From: a bacterium
Lineage (GTDB): Bacteria; Patescibacteriota; Minisyncoccia; Minisyncoccales; UBA10102
Direction: 5' to 3'
Length of the DNA stretch: 64,000 bases
Assembly (NCBI GenBank): GCA_030647485.1
Contig: JAUSJT010000003.1
Coordinates: 9,092 to 73,091, forward strand
Every line of letters starts with the position of its first letter. Within the stretch, counting starts at the first letter, position 1. The notes beneath the pieces were generated by a model. It was given only the letters and a program-made list of their open reading frames with translations. It did no database searches and was not told where the DNA came from. Position numbers and translations under genes: made by a program. Of this stretch, positions 1 through 8,882 are shown in pieces.

Positions 1-2
1 CA

Positions 3-953
3 CAGGCGCAAGAGATAACTACGACAACCGTGGCATTGCCCGCAGAAGACATGAAGGGCAAAATCATAGGGAAAGAAGGAAGAAACATCAGGGCATTGGA
101 GCGTGCTACCGGAGTTGAGGTTATTGTGGACGAAACCCCTGAAGCCGTGGTTATCTCTGGGTTTGACCCATTGCGAAGGCACATTGCAAAGGTTGCCCTA
201 GAGCGCCTTATCAAAGACGGCAGGATTCATCCTGCCCGTGTGGAAGAAGAGGTGGCAAAGGTGCAAGCGGAGATTGAGCAGCAGATGAAAGAGGCAGGAG
301 AAACTGCGGTGTTTGACGCTGGCATAGTGGGGCTAGACCCCAAGCTCATTCAGATTTTGGGGCGCTTGAAGTTTAGAACTTCGTATGGCCAGAACGTGCT
401 TATGCATTCTATTGAGGTTGCGCATTTGGCTTCTGCATTAGCTTCAGAGATCGGGGCCAACGCTACAATAGCCAAGAAGGCAGGTTTGTTCCATGACATT
501 GGGAAAGCACTGGACTATCAAGTGGAAGGATCTCATGTGGATATTGGCGTGAGAATTCTAGAGAAGTTCGGAGTTGAGCAGGCAGTGATTATTGGCATGA
601 AGTCTCACCACGAACAGTATCCGTATGAGTCCATTGAAGCAATTCTCGTTCAGGCAGCAGACGCAATTTCAGCTTCCAGGCCAGGGGCAAGAAAGGATTC
701 CCTGGAGAATTATCTAAAGCGCATTGGAGAATTGGAAAACGTAGCCAATTCCTTTGAAGGCGTGGAAAAGACCTATGCCATTCAGGCAGGAAGAGAAATA
801 CGGGTGTTTGTGAAACCCGAGGTTATTTCAGACCTACAGGCGCAGACACTTGCTAAAGACATTGCAAACCGTATTGAAGAAGATCTGCGCTATCCTGGAG
901 AGATCAAGGTCACTCTTATCCGGGAGAATAGATTCGTAGAATTTGCACGCTAA
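3..953 (+). CDS. rny: Ribonuclease Y, 5'-truncated by window edge
   Basis: KH domain (KGKIIGKEGRNIR) followed by HD domain (HSIEVA...FHDIGK), C-terminus YPGEIKVT. Confidence 0.95.
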   Translation, partial: QAQEITTTTVALPAEDMKGKIIGKEGRNIRALERATGVEVIVDETPEAVVISGFDPLRRHIAKVALERLIKDGRIHPARVEEEVAKVQAEIEQQMKEAGETAVFDAGIVGLDPKLIQILGRLKFRTSYGQNVLMHSIEVAHLASALASEIGANATIAKKAGLFHDIGKALDYQVEGSHVDIGVRILEKFGVEQAVIIGMKSHHEQYPYESIEAILVQAADAISASRPGARKDSLENYLKRIGELENVANSFEGVEKTYAIQAGREIRVFVKPEVISDLQAQTLAKDIANRIEEDLRYPGEIKVTLIRENRFVEFAR

Positions 954-954
954 A

Positions 955-995
955 AGAAAGCCGTCCTGAGTTTATCGAAGGACGGTTTTCTGTTT
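955..995 (+). terminator. Hairpin terminator between rny and the convergent tRNAs; loop is a CCTGAG..TCGAAGG repeat
   Basis: AAAGCCGTCCT...AGGACGGTTTT stem with A/T-rich flanks. Confidence 0.6.
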
Positions 996-996
996 G

Positions 997-1067
997 AGCG
1001 GGTGAGGGGAATCGGACCCCTGGCTTTAGCTTGGAAAGCTAAGGTATTGCCATTATACGACACCCGC
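997..1067 (-). tRNA. tRNA-Gly(TCC)
   Basis: Reverse complement GCGGGTGTCGTATAATGG...TTAGCTTTCCAAGCTAA...GGTCCGATTCCCCTCACCCGCT folds as a cloverleaf. Confidence 0.93.
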
Positions 1068-1090
1068 ACTTCTGCCCTCTGGCCTCAGTG

Positions 1091-1161
1091 TCGGGGTACT
1101 CAGATTCGAACTGAGACTACATCCTCCCAAAGGATGCGTGCTGCCGTTGCACTATACCCCG
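1091..1161 (-). tRNA. tRNA-Pro(TGG)
   Basis: CGGGGTATAGTGCAACGG...CATCCTTTGGGAGGATG...GTTCGAATCTGAGTACCCCGA. Confidence 0.93.
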
Positions 1162-1280
1162 AATTGTATGTTCGCCTTAGGCGAACCCCGGGGAGACCTT
1201 CGATATGCCGTCCTTCGGCAAGCTCAGGACATGGCATATTAAGGTAGGTCTCCCGCAAAGACTCAAGTAGTTGAGTCTTT

Positions 1281-1380
1281 GCCCCAAAGCACGTGTATCC
1301 CGATCCCGACTGCTGTCGCGGATCGTGGATCCTCGGTCACGATAGCAATCGGACCGGGACTGCCGGTATACGACACCCCG
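1281..1380 (-). pseudogene. Disrupted 5' half of a second tRNA-Pro(TGG) with a hairpin inserted in the D-loop
   Basis: Minus strand CGGGGTG-TC-GTAT-ACCGGCAGT-[~60-nt hairpin]-ATAC-A-CGTGC-TTTGGGG; no T-arm or 3' acceptor follows. Confidence 0.6.
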
Positions 1381-1443
1381 TTTTGCATCTTCTTGTGTAT
1401 CATTTTTGGTGACTCTGGTCAATGCGTATGATATAGTACATGA

Positions 1444-2436
1444 ATGGTGATTCGAGAGATTGTATCTGAGTTTAATATTATTGAACAAGCCAAGAAATAC
1501 GGCATTCCCTGGTGGCAGCATCCCCAGTTTCTGTTCTTGGTCTTAGGGTCTATCATCGCGTTTTCCAGCATCCTCTCGTATGTGTTAGGAAGGCGGTACA
1601 TTGAAGATCCCCAGGTAGTAGCTCTTCTCATCATTATCTTCACTGGGATTTCTCTTGTCGTGTCTTTTCTTATCACACGGAGCTTTGAACGGCTTGCCCA
1701 GGCAGCAAGAATCAAGTCAGAGTTCGTGAGTATTGTATCCCATCAGCTCCGTTCTCCCCTTTCAAACCTTGTGTGGGGGTTGGAGTTCTTAATGTCAGGC
1801 AGGGCAGGAGAGGTCAAAGAAGCCCAGCTAGAGTATTTCCAGATTTTGAAAGAAAACTCAAGTCGCATGCAAGAATTGGTGAACGACCTTCTTGTGGTGT
1901 CCCGCATTGACGAGGGAAGCCTACCCTGGGAGCAGCAAGAGTTTTCTTTTGAGGAATTGCTGAACACTGTTCTCGTAGAGTATGAGCCGTATATGAAGGC
2001 TTCCAATATTCAGTTCCAGGTGCAGGGGCAAAAGGATCTCCCGAGGGTTCTGGGAGATGCTTCCCAACTTCGCCATGTGATTTCCAATCTTTTGGAAAAC
2101 GCAGTACGATATTCCGGGAAAGAGCATGCGAGCGGGGTTCTGATACAAAAGAAAGAAAACAGGATTCAGATTCGCTATCAGAAAAAAGGGAAGAATCTAT
2201 TTTTTGAAATCACAGATAATGGAGTAGGAATCCCCAAGGAGGATCAGCGGTACATATTTCAGAAGTTCTTCCGTTCCTCCAATATCTTGAGGCACGAAAC
2301 CCAAGGGTCAGGCTTGGGCCTGTACATCGCCAAATCCATTATTGAACGGGGAAAGGGATCTATTGGGTTCCATTCCCAAGAACACGCAGGGTCGACATTT
2401 TGGTTTACTATGCCATGTAGAACACGTACGCAGTAA
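1444..2436 (+). CDS. Membrane sensor histidine kinase
   Basis: Two TM helices, H-box SHQLRSPL, N-box NLLENAVRY, G boxes DNGVGI and GSGLGL. Confidence 0.95.
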   Translation: MVIREIVSEFNIIEQAKKYGIPWWQHPQFLFLVLGSIIAFSSILSYVLGRRYIEDPQVVALLIIIFTGISLVVSFLITRSFERLAQAARIKSEFVSIVSHQLRSPLSNLVWGLEFLMSGRAGEVKEAQLEYFQILKENSSRMQELVNDLLVVSRIDEGSLPWEQQEFSFEELLNTVLVEYEPYMKASNIQFQVQGQKDLPRVLGDASQLRHVISNLLENAVRYSGKEHASGVLIQKKENRIQIRYQKKGKNLFFEITDNGVGIPKEDQRYIFQKFFRSSNILRHETQGSGLGLYIAKSIIERGKGSIGFHSQEHAGSTFWFTMPCRTRTQ

Positions 2437-2445
2437 CGCATTATT

Positions 2446-2808
2446 ATGAAAACTATTTTACTCATTGAAGACGAGTCTGCTCTCCAAAAAACCATTGGAG
2501 ACGCGTTGAGCCAGGAGGGATTCTCTATTGCTTCAGCGCTTGACGGAGAAACAGGATTACGACTTGCGAAAGAAAAGCGCCCAGACGTCATTCTTTTAGA
2601 CCTCATATTGCCCAAGGCAAACGGGTTTGATGTGTTAAAATCCCTCAAAGAGCAGGAAGAAACAAAGGACATTCCAGTTGTGGTGCTCACAAATCTAGAG
2701 AGCATGGAAGACATTCAAAAAGCCCTGGATCTGGGAGCCATGACCTATCTTGTGAAGTCAAACTACACGCTTGAAGAAGTCGTGGAAAAAGTGAAACAAG
2801 CATTATGA
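2446..2808 (+). CDS. Single-domain response regulator (CheY-like receiver)
   Basis: ILLIEDE, PDVILLDLILP, VVVLTN, YLVK receiver motifs. Confidence 0.95.
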   Translation: MKTILLIEDESALQKTIGDALSQEGFSIASALDGETGLRLAKEKRPDVILLDLILPKANGFDVLKSLKEQEETKDIPVVVLTNLESMEDIQKALDLGAMTYLVKSNYTLEEVVEKVKQAL

Positions 2809-4559
2809 GGGTTGAAGACCAACAATTAATGGCGTTTCTGCTGGATGCGGGGCTCGTGGGCATGCAGGAATTGCGGGACGCAGAGAAAAAATCCAAGAAG
2901 CTGCAAAAGCGCTTGGCAGATGTGCTGGTTGCAGATAATCTCTTATCCCAAGAAGAGCTTATTAAAATGGAGGCGTACATTCTGGGCATTCCGTTTGTCA
3001 ATCTGGAAAAAGAGACCCTAGATCCCGAAGTGTTAAAAATAGTCCCAGAGCCGATTGCCAGGTCTCACAATATTGTGGCATTCCGGAAAAAGGGCCAGGA
3101 TTTGGAAGTTGCCATGCTGGATCCAGAAGACCTTGCCACCATCGATTTTATAAAAAAGAAGTCAGATTTAAAAATTCTCCCCCGGCTTACTACTCCTGCA
3201 AGTATGACTCAGGTGCTGCGTCAGTACTCCAAGACCCTGGAGGCAGAATTCGGAGACATTATCCAACAAGAGGTGGGAGGAATAAAGACTCGAAAGGAAA
3301 GCGACGGAACAGAAAAGAATGCGAAAGAAGAGCTTGAAAAGGCCGCAGAAGAGCTTCCTATCATACGAATAGTAGATACCCTGCTCAAGCACGCAATTCT
3401 GCAGCGTTCGTCCGATATTCACATTGAGCCCACGGAAAAAGAAGTGATTGTGCGCTATCGTATTGACGGAGTGCTCCGTGACGCTATGGTTCTTCCCAGG
3501 GCCGCTACCTCTGGTATTGTTGCAAGGATTAAGGTACTTTCAAATTTACAGCTTGATGAGCACCGCCTGCCTCAAGATGGGCGCTTTAAGGTAGAAACAG
3601 ATGAGTATAAATATTCTATCAGGGTTTCTATACTCCCCGTGTTTGACGGAGAAAAGATCGTTATGCGCTTGCTGGCTGAAACCGCAAAGGCGTTTACCCT
3701 AGAACAGATAGGGTTGCGGGGAGAGGCGCTAGAAGACGTGCAACGAGCATTGAAAAAACCAGTTGGCATGCTCTTGGTCACGGGTCCTACGGGGTCTGGG
3801 AAAACCACAACCTTGTATGCCATGATGGAGATACTTTCCACTCCCCAGGTGAATATCTCTACCGTAGAAGATCCCATAGAGTACCGCATGCCCAGGGTGA
3901 ACCAGACTCAGGTGAATCCTAAAATAGGGTTTACCTTTGCAACGGGATTGCGCTCTTTGGTGAGGCAGGACCCAGACATCCTTATGGTAGGAGAGATTCG
4001 AGACGAGGAAACCGCTTCCCTGGCTATAAACGCTGCTTTGACGGGACATCTTGTGCTTTCCACTTTGCATACCAATAGCGCGGCTGGCGCCATACCCCGC
4101 TTGATTGATATGGGAGCCGAACCGTTTCTCATTTCCTCAACGTTGAATGTCATAGTTGCCCAGCGTCTGATACGCCGTCTCTCTGAAGAAAAAGGTGCGT
4201 ATAATCTTTCTGACAAAGAAATCGCAGACCTCTCTTCATACTGCAACGTAGAGAAGGTCACAAGCATTCTGAAAGATGAGAAGCTCTTAAAGCCAAAACA
4301 AAACCTTGGAGATATTTCTTTCTGGCGGCCGAAAGCCACCAAGGAAAATCCTGACGGGTATAAGGGAAGGATGGGAATTTACGAAGTGCTGCCCGTGACA
4401 GAAACGATCAAGAACCTCATCATCCAGCGCACGGACGCAGACGCAATCGGAGAGCAAGCGCAGAAAGAAGGCATGAGAACCATGGTGGAAGACGGATTTA
4501 TAAAAGCTGCCCAAGGCATTACTTCCATTGAAGAGGTGCTCCGCGTCATCACTGAATGA
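2805..4559 (+). CDS. pilB: Type IV pilus/T2SS assembly ATPase (PilB/GspE family)
   Basis: SDIHIEP, LPQDGRF, Walker A GPTGSGKT, RQDPDILMVGEIRD, STLHTN. Confidence 0.93.
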   Translation: MRVEDQQLMAFLLDAGLVGMQELRDAEKKSKKLQKRLADVLVADNLLSQEELIKMEAYILGIPFVNLEKETLDPEVLKIVPEPIARSHNIVAFRKKGQDLEVAMLDPEDLATIDFIKKKSDLKILPRLTTPASMTQVLRQYSKTLEAEFGDIIQQEVGGIKTRKESDGTEKNAKEELEKAAEELPIIRIVDTLLKHAILQRSSDIHIEPTEKEVIVRYRIDGVLRDAMVLPRAATSGIVARIKVLSNLQLDEHRLPQDGRFKVETDEYKYSIRVSILPVFDGEKIVMRLLAETAKAFTLEQIGLRGEALEDVQRALKKPVGMLLVTGPTGSGKTTTLYAMMEILSTPQVNISTVEDPIEYRMPRVNQTQVNPKIGFTFATGLRSLVRQDPDILMVGEIRDEETASLAINAALTGHLVLSTLHTNSAAGAIPRLIDMGAEPFLISSTLNVIVAQRLIRRLSEEKGAYNLSDKEIADLSSYCNVEKVTSILKDEKLLKPKQNLGDISFWRPKATKENPDGYKGRMGIYEVLPVTETIKNLIIQRTDADAIGEQAQKEGMRTMVEDGFIKAAQGITSIEEVLRVITE

Positions 4560-5935
4560 CGCGAAATCCGAAGCACGAAGCACGAAATCCGAAACAAATT
4601 CAAATGGCTGAAATTCAAATCTCTCAAATAAATACGAGAATCAATCAGTCAAGAGTTCTTTATTTTGAGAGTAATATTATTGCATTGTTTAATGGTATTA
4701 AGGTTGATCCCTCATGGTCTTTTTCTGATAAAACAAGAAAAGACACGGCGTACATTACTCATGGTTATCATCGATACCCTGCAAAGTTTATTCCTCAAAT
4801 CGTTTCCCGCTTAGCTGATAAATATACAAGCGAGGGCGATTTAATTGTTGATCCATTCGGTGGGTGCGGGACAACACTTGTTGAATCAAAAGTAATGGGG
4901 CGGTTATCAGTGGGCGTTGATATAAACCCCGTTGCTGTGCTTATCACAAAAGCTAAAATTACGCCGCTTGACCCAGCAAAAATTGAAGAAGTATTTACAG
5001 CACTGGAAGAGAAATTAGGCAGTTATAGTAAGAATACAAAAGTGAAAGCTCCAGAACACGAACGGATTGATTATTGGTTTAAGCAGGAAGAAAAGAGGAA
5101 ACTTGCTTTCATCTTTGCCGAGATTTCAAAAATAAAAGATCGGGATGTGAAAGATTTCCTTTATTGCGGGTTTTCAAACATTCTAAAAAATTGCTCTATT
5201 TGGCTGCAGAAAAGCAACAAACCAACAAGGGATTTTGCGAAAAAGCCGTCTGACCCGATACCAACATTTTTCAGACAAGTAAAAATGATGATGAGGGGCA
5301 ACGCAAGATTTTATGAGTTGTTAAAGCAGAAAAATCACCTTGAAGTGCCAAGCCAAGTTTACTGTACCGACGCAAGGACGATTCCTGTCAAAAATAATTC
5401 TGTTAGCTTAATTGTTACTTCGCCGCCATATGTTACTTCCTACGAATACGCCGATTTGCACCAGCTCACCGCTCTGTGGTTAGAATACACAAAAGATTTA
5501 AGTGATTTTCGCAAGCGTTTTATTGGTACTTCTTATCACAACAAAAAAGATTTGACTCTCAATAGCACACTCGCAGAAAATATCAGAAAATACTTGCTAG
5601 AAAAGGACAAGAAAACCGCCGAGGAGGTTTCTACATATTTTAGCGAGATGAACCAAGTATTTATTGAAATGAAAAGAATGCTAAAAAAAGGTGGTAAAAC
5701 TTGTATTGTTATCGGTAATACGAGCCTGAAAGGCGTTGAGATACTCAATGCGGAAGTTTTTGCTGAACAATTGCAAAACTTGGGGTTAAAGATCGCCGAT
5801 ATTGTTAAAAGAGAAATACCATCAAAAAATTTACCGTCTGTTAGAGATGAAAAAACTGGCAAGTTTGCAAGTATAACCGACAAAAACAGAGTTTCTGCTT
5901 ATCCGACAGAATATATTTTAGTAATGGAAAAATAA
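4556..5935 (+). CDS. DNA amino-methyltransferase, probably N4-cytosine (true start may be 4604)
   Basis: HRYPAKF, SAM motif DPFGGCGTT, catalytic TSPPY. Confidence 0.9.
   Translation: MTRNPKHEARNPKQIQMAEIQISQINTRINQSRVLYFESNIIALFNGIKVDPSWSFSDKTRKDTAYITHGYHRYPAKFIPQIVSRLADKYTSEGDLIVDPFGGCGTTLVESKVMGRLSVGVDINPVAVLITKAKITPLDPAKIEEVFTALEEKLGSYSKNTKVKAPEHERIDYWFKQEEKRKLAFIFAEISKIKDRDVKDFLYCGFSNILKNCSIWLQKSNKPTRDFAKKPSDPIPTFFRQVKMMMRGNARFYELLKQKNHLEVPSQVYCTDARTIPVKNNSVSLIVTSPPYVTSYEYADLHQLTALWLEYTKDLSDFRKRFIGTSYHNKKDLTLNSTLAENIRKYLLEKDKKTAEEVSTYFSEMNQVFIEMKRMLKKGGKTCIVIGNTSLKGVEILNAEVFAEQLQNLGLKIADIVKREIPSKNLPSVRDEKTGKFASITDKNRVSAYPTEYILVMEK
4563..4620. repeat. Left heptamer-repeat arm of the R-M cassette
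   Basis: AAATCCG-AAGCACG-AAGCACG-AAATCCG-AAACAAATTCAAAT; inverted counterpart at 8818-8874. Confidence 0.75.
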
Positions 5936-5939
5936 AACT

Positions 5940-6608
5940 ATGACAATTAAAGATCTTATTAAAATTTACGAGACGAAAAAGAAAAAACACGGTGTACAAG
6001 CATACCGACATATTTCAAATGTTCTAAAAGAAGCAAAGGAACAACACGAAAAAGATTTTAAGGGAGATGACCACGAGCAATCTTGGCGAGCGTTCAAAGG
6101 TAAAAACCTGGAGAAGTTGATTGAATATATTATCACGGATGAAGTTAATGCTTTAGGCTTGCAAGTGGTAAATGGGAATATTCTTGAAAGAACAAATGGA
6201 TCAAATCTTTCAAAGGAGTTGAGTTTGGTAAAAAGAAATTTGATTATTGATTATGGCGAATTTGGTTCACATTTGCCAGATGTTGACTTGATTATTTATG
6301 ATCCCAAAACCAGCAAGGTTGTCGCTGTATTGTCTAGTAAAGTCACCCTGCGGGAAAGAATCGCCCAAACTGGTTATTGGAAAATCAAACTTGCTTCTGA
6401 TGAGGCGACAAAACACATTAAAGTTTATTTTGTAACCCCGGACGAGGATGGAACACTTACAATCAAAACCCCAACGAAGAAAGGACGTGCAATTGTAGAG
6501 GTGGATACGGATGGTAGTTATGTTCTAAGTGAGACGGACATTGAAGAAAGCGACAAGGTAAAAATGTTTGATAAGTTTATTGATGATCTGAAAAAACTTT
6601 TAAAGTAA
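5940..6608 (+). CDS. Type II restriction endonuclease, PD-(D/E)xK, BsaWI/CCGG-family-like
   Basis: PDVD...SSKVTLRERIAQ resembles the KxxxRER motif of CCGG-family REases; adjacent to an MTase. Confidence 0.8.
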   Translation: MTIKDLIKIYETKKKKHGVQAYRHISNVLKEAKEQHEKDFKGDDHEQSWRAFKGKNLEKLIEYIITDEVNALGLQVVNGNILERTNGSNLSKELSLVKRNLIIDYGEFGSHLPDVDLIIYDPKTSKVVAVLSSKVTLRERIAQTGYWKIKLASDEATKHIKVYFVTPDEDGTLTIKTPTKKGRAIVEVDTDGSYVLSETDIEESDKVKMFDKFIDDLKKLLK

Positions 6609-6620
6609 TTTTAAAAACAT

Positions 6621-8132
6621 ATGAAAAAACAAGATATGCAAAAATACGCAAAAGCATTAAAAAGAGGTCATTTAGCAAGCCTTTCAGTTGATGATATTGT
6701 TGAACTCATAAAAAGAGCGGATGGGAAATGTTATTTGTGTGAGGAAAAAATAGACCTTGACAATATCGGGAAGATTGATGGTGACAAGAAAAATTCAAAC
6801 GGTCCTCTTAGTGTTGAAAACTTATATCTGACACATAAAAAGTGTAATATTCAAAAAAGCAACGAACCCGTTTCGATAGTTAAAGCTAAATTAGCTTTCT
6901 CTAGGTTTTACGAAAAGAAAGATTCTGTTTCATTTAATGACTTTTTAGATGAGTATGTTCCGAATAATAGAAAAACCGTAAGATTTAAAATCACCAACGA
7001 TATCGCATATTTAAAGTTTGGAGAAGACGAAAAAAATACACCTATATTTACTGACCCTGCTACTAAAATACAGTATTTCTTTTATGAATTACCGATGGAT
7101 TACATATATAATGATGATGAGGTGCAACCAAGACCAATCGATAAATCTCACCTGTTTAAAATGATGGCCGATTTTCAAATCCATCCCGTACATGAGCCAT
7201 CAGATTGTCGTATTGTTGATAATAGTAGAATAGATGGTAATTATAAAGAAGCTAAGTTACTACAGTTTGATGGTCAACATAAAAGTGCTGCTCAGATATT
7301 AATAGGTCGGACGAAGTTACAATTTAAAATCTACATTGCACCATCTATAAAATTGATAAGAGAATTGGTTATTATCATTCAGAATGAAATTAAGAAAAAA
7401 GCTGTTTTGGAATCAATTGTGATAAAACGCATGAGCGCATCTTATATGGACAGATGGAATGAGTATATTGAATCGCCAGGAGAACATTCAGAGGCAGGCC
7501 TAATTGAATCTTTACCTAATCAAGAGAAAAAACTAGCTAAAAAAGAGCTAATGAATGCAGTTTATAGTAATATAATAGACAATAAAGAATTAGAGTTAAA
7601 GGAATTTGTTACCACGGGGCAAACTAGAAGTGAAAAAAATAGACCCATTTCTATTAATTTACTAAAGCAAATAATAAATAATTTTGTTTATAGTAAACCT
7701 AACGATGTTCCTGTTGGGGAAAAAGACTCAAGAGAAATTGAAGCAGAAAACACCACTAAGTTTTTAAACATTATCTCAGAGGCAATTTTTGGGGAACTTA
7801 CCCCAATCCAAAGGAATCGCCAAGATTTACCAGAAAAGATATTGAGGATTTGGAAATCTGGTTCTGTAAAATTTTGGGCAAATATATTAAAGAACCTAAT
7901 CAGTCACAGGTTGAATATTATTGCTGAAGATGACAAAGAAAGAATTTTTCAGCGTAAATTGACTGCAAATGATTGGGACGGAATCGGGAAAACCGTAAAT
8001 AGACTTTTTTCTCATTCGGTTTGGGGTAAAATTGATCAAAATTTAGACAAAATACTAAATTCAAACGATCTTAAGGCTGCAACAAGAGAGTTGGCTAAAA
8101 AAGGATTGGACACCGATTTCTTGATTAAATAA
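6621..8132 (+). CDS. Protein with N-terminal HNH-like Zn finger and central ParB/DGQHR-like domain
   Basis: CYLC...NLYLTHKKCNIQK; QPR...LLQFDGQHKSAA. Confidence 0.6.
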   Translation: MKKQDMQKYAKALKRGHLASLSVDDIVELIKRADGKCYLCEEKIDLDNIGKIDGDKKNSNGPLSVENLYLTHKKCNIQKSNEPVSIVKAKLAFSRFYEKKDSVSFNDFLDEYVPNNRKTVRFKITNDIAYLKFGEDEKNTPIFTDPATKIQYFFYELPMDYIYNDDEVQPRPIDKSHLFKMMADFQIHPVHEPSDCRIVDNSRIDGNYKEAKLLQFDGQHKSAAQILIGRTKLQFKIYIAPSIKLIRELVIIIQNEIKKKAVLESIVIKRMSASYMDRWNEYIESPGEHSEAGLIESLPNQEKKLAKKELMNAVYSNIIDNKELELKEFVTTGQTRSEKNRPISINLLKQIINNFVYSKPNDVPVGEKDSREIEAENTTKFLNIISEAIFGELTPIQRNRQDLPEKILRIWKSGSVKFWANILKNLISHRLNIIAEDDKERIFQRKLTANDWDGIGKTVNRLFSHSVWGKIDQNLDKILNSNDLKAATRELAKKGLDTDFLIK

Positions 8133-8801
8133 ATGCAGATTGAATCAACAACGCTTTGGGATTTTCCGAGGCAGAATTATGGAGACAAGCCACACGGAGA
8201 TAATAAATATAGCGGCGTTACGCCGGCTTTTGTTATTTGGAATTTACTCCAACGATATACAAAAGAAGGCGATTTGGTAGTTGACCCAATGTGCGGGAGT
8301 GGAACTACTATTGATGTAGCAAACGAACTGAACCGAAAAGTGATTGGCTATGACTTAAACATTGTTCGCCCCGATGTAATCAAGAATGACTCTCGGAAGA
8401 TCCCGCTTCAAGACAATAGCATTGATTTCGTCTTTATTGATTCCCCTTATTCAGACAACATCAAGTATTCTGATGACGAAAAGTGTATTGGAAAAATATC
8501 TTGTGAGAAAACAGAGTTTTACGATGAATTAGAAAAAGTCGCCTCTGAAATCGCTCGGATTTTGAAACCTGAAAAAGCGATGGGTTGGGTTATTGCCGAT
8601 CAATGGATCAAAAGGAAATTCACTCCCGTTGCATTTTTGCTTTGGCAGAGATTAGAAAAGTATTTTAAGCCGATTGATATTGTGTGTCTTAGTCGACACA
8701 ACCAGACATCGAACACGCAAATTTGGCATAATAGAGCAAGACAGTTTAATTTTTATTTGAGAGGTTTCAAATATTTGTTTATTATGAGAAAATCAACGTA
8801 G
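8133..8801 (+). CDS. Small second DNA amino-methyltransferase
   Basis: DPMCGSGTT SAM-binding motif, DSPY catalytic-type motif. Confidence 0.85.
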   Translation: MQIESTTLWDFPRQNYGDKPHGDNKYSGVTPAFVIWNLLQRYTKEGDLVVDPMCGSGTTIDVANELNRKVIGYDLNIVRPDVIKNDSRKIPLQDNSIDFVFIDSPYSDNIKYSDDEKCIGKISCEKTEFYDELEKVASEIARILKPEKAMGWVIADQWIKRKFTPVAFLLWQRLEKYFKPIDIVCLSRHNQTSNTQIWHNRARQFNFYLRGFKYLFIMRKST

Positions 8802-8817
8802 AATCCGATTTAAGTAA

Positions 8818-8874
8818 TTTTTGAATTTGGATATTAAATATTGTTTCGAATTTCGATATTCGAATTTCGGATTT
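8818..8874. repeat. Right heptamer-repeat arm of the R-M cassette (inverted)
   Basis: TTTGAATTTGG...TTGTTT-CGAATTT-CGATATT-CGAATTT-CGGATTT. Confidence 0.75.
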
Positions 8875-8882
8875 AAATACTG

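Noticed and set aside
1002-1521. ORFs 1002-1247 (+) and 1177-1521 (-)
   Set aside because: They overlap tRNAs and palindromic repeats and show no protein motifs.
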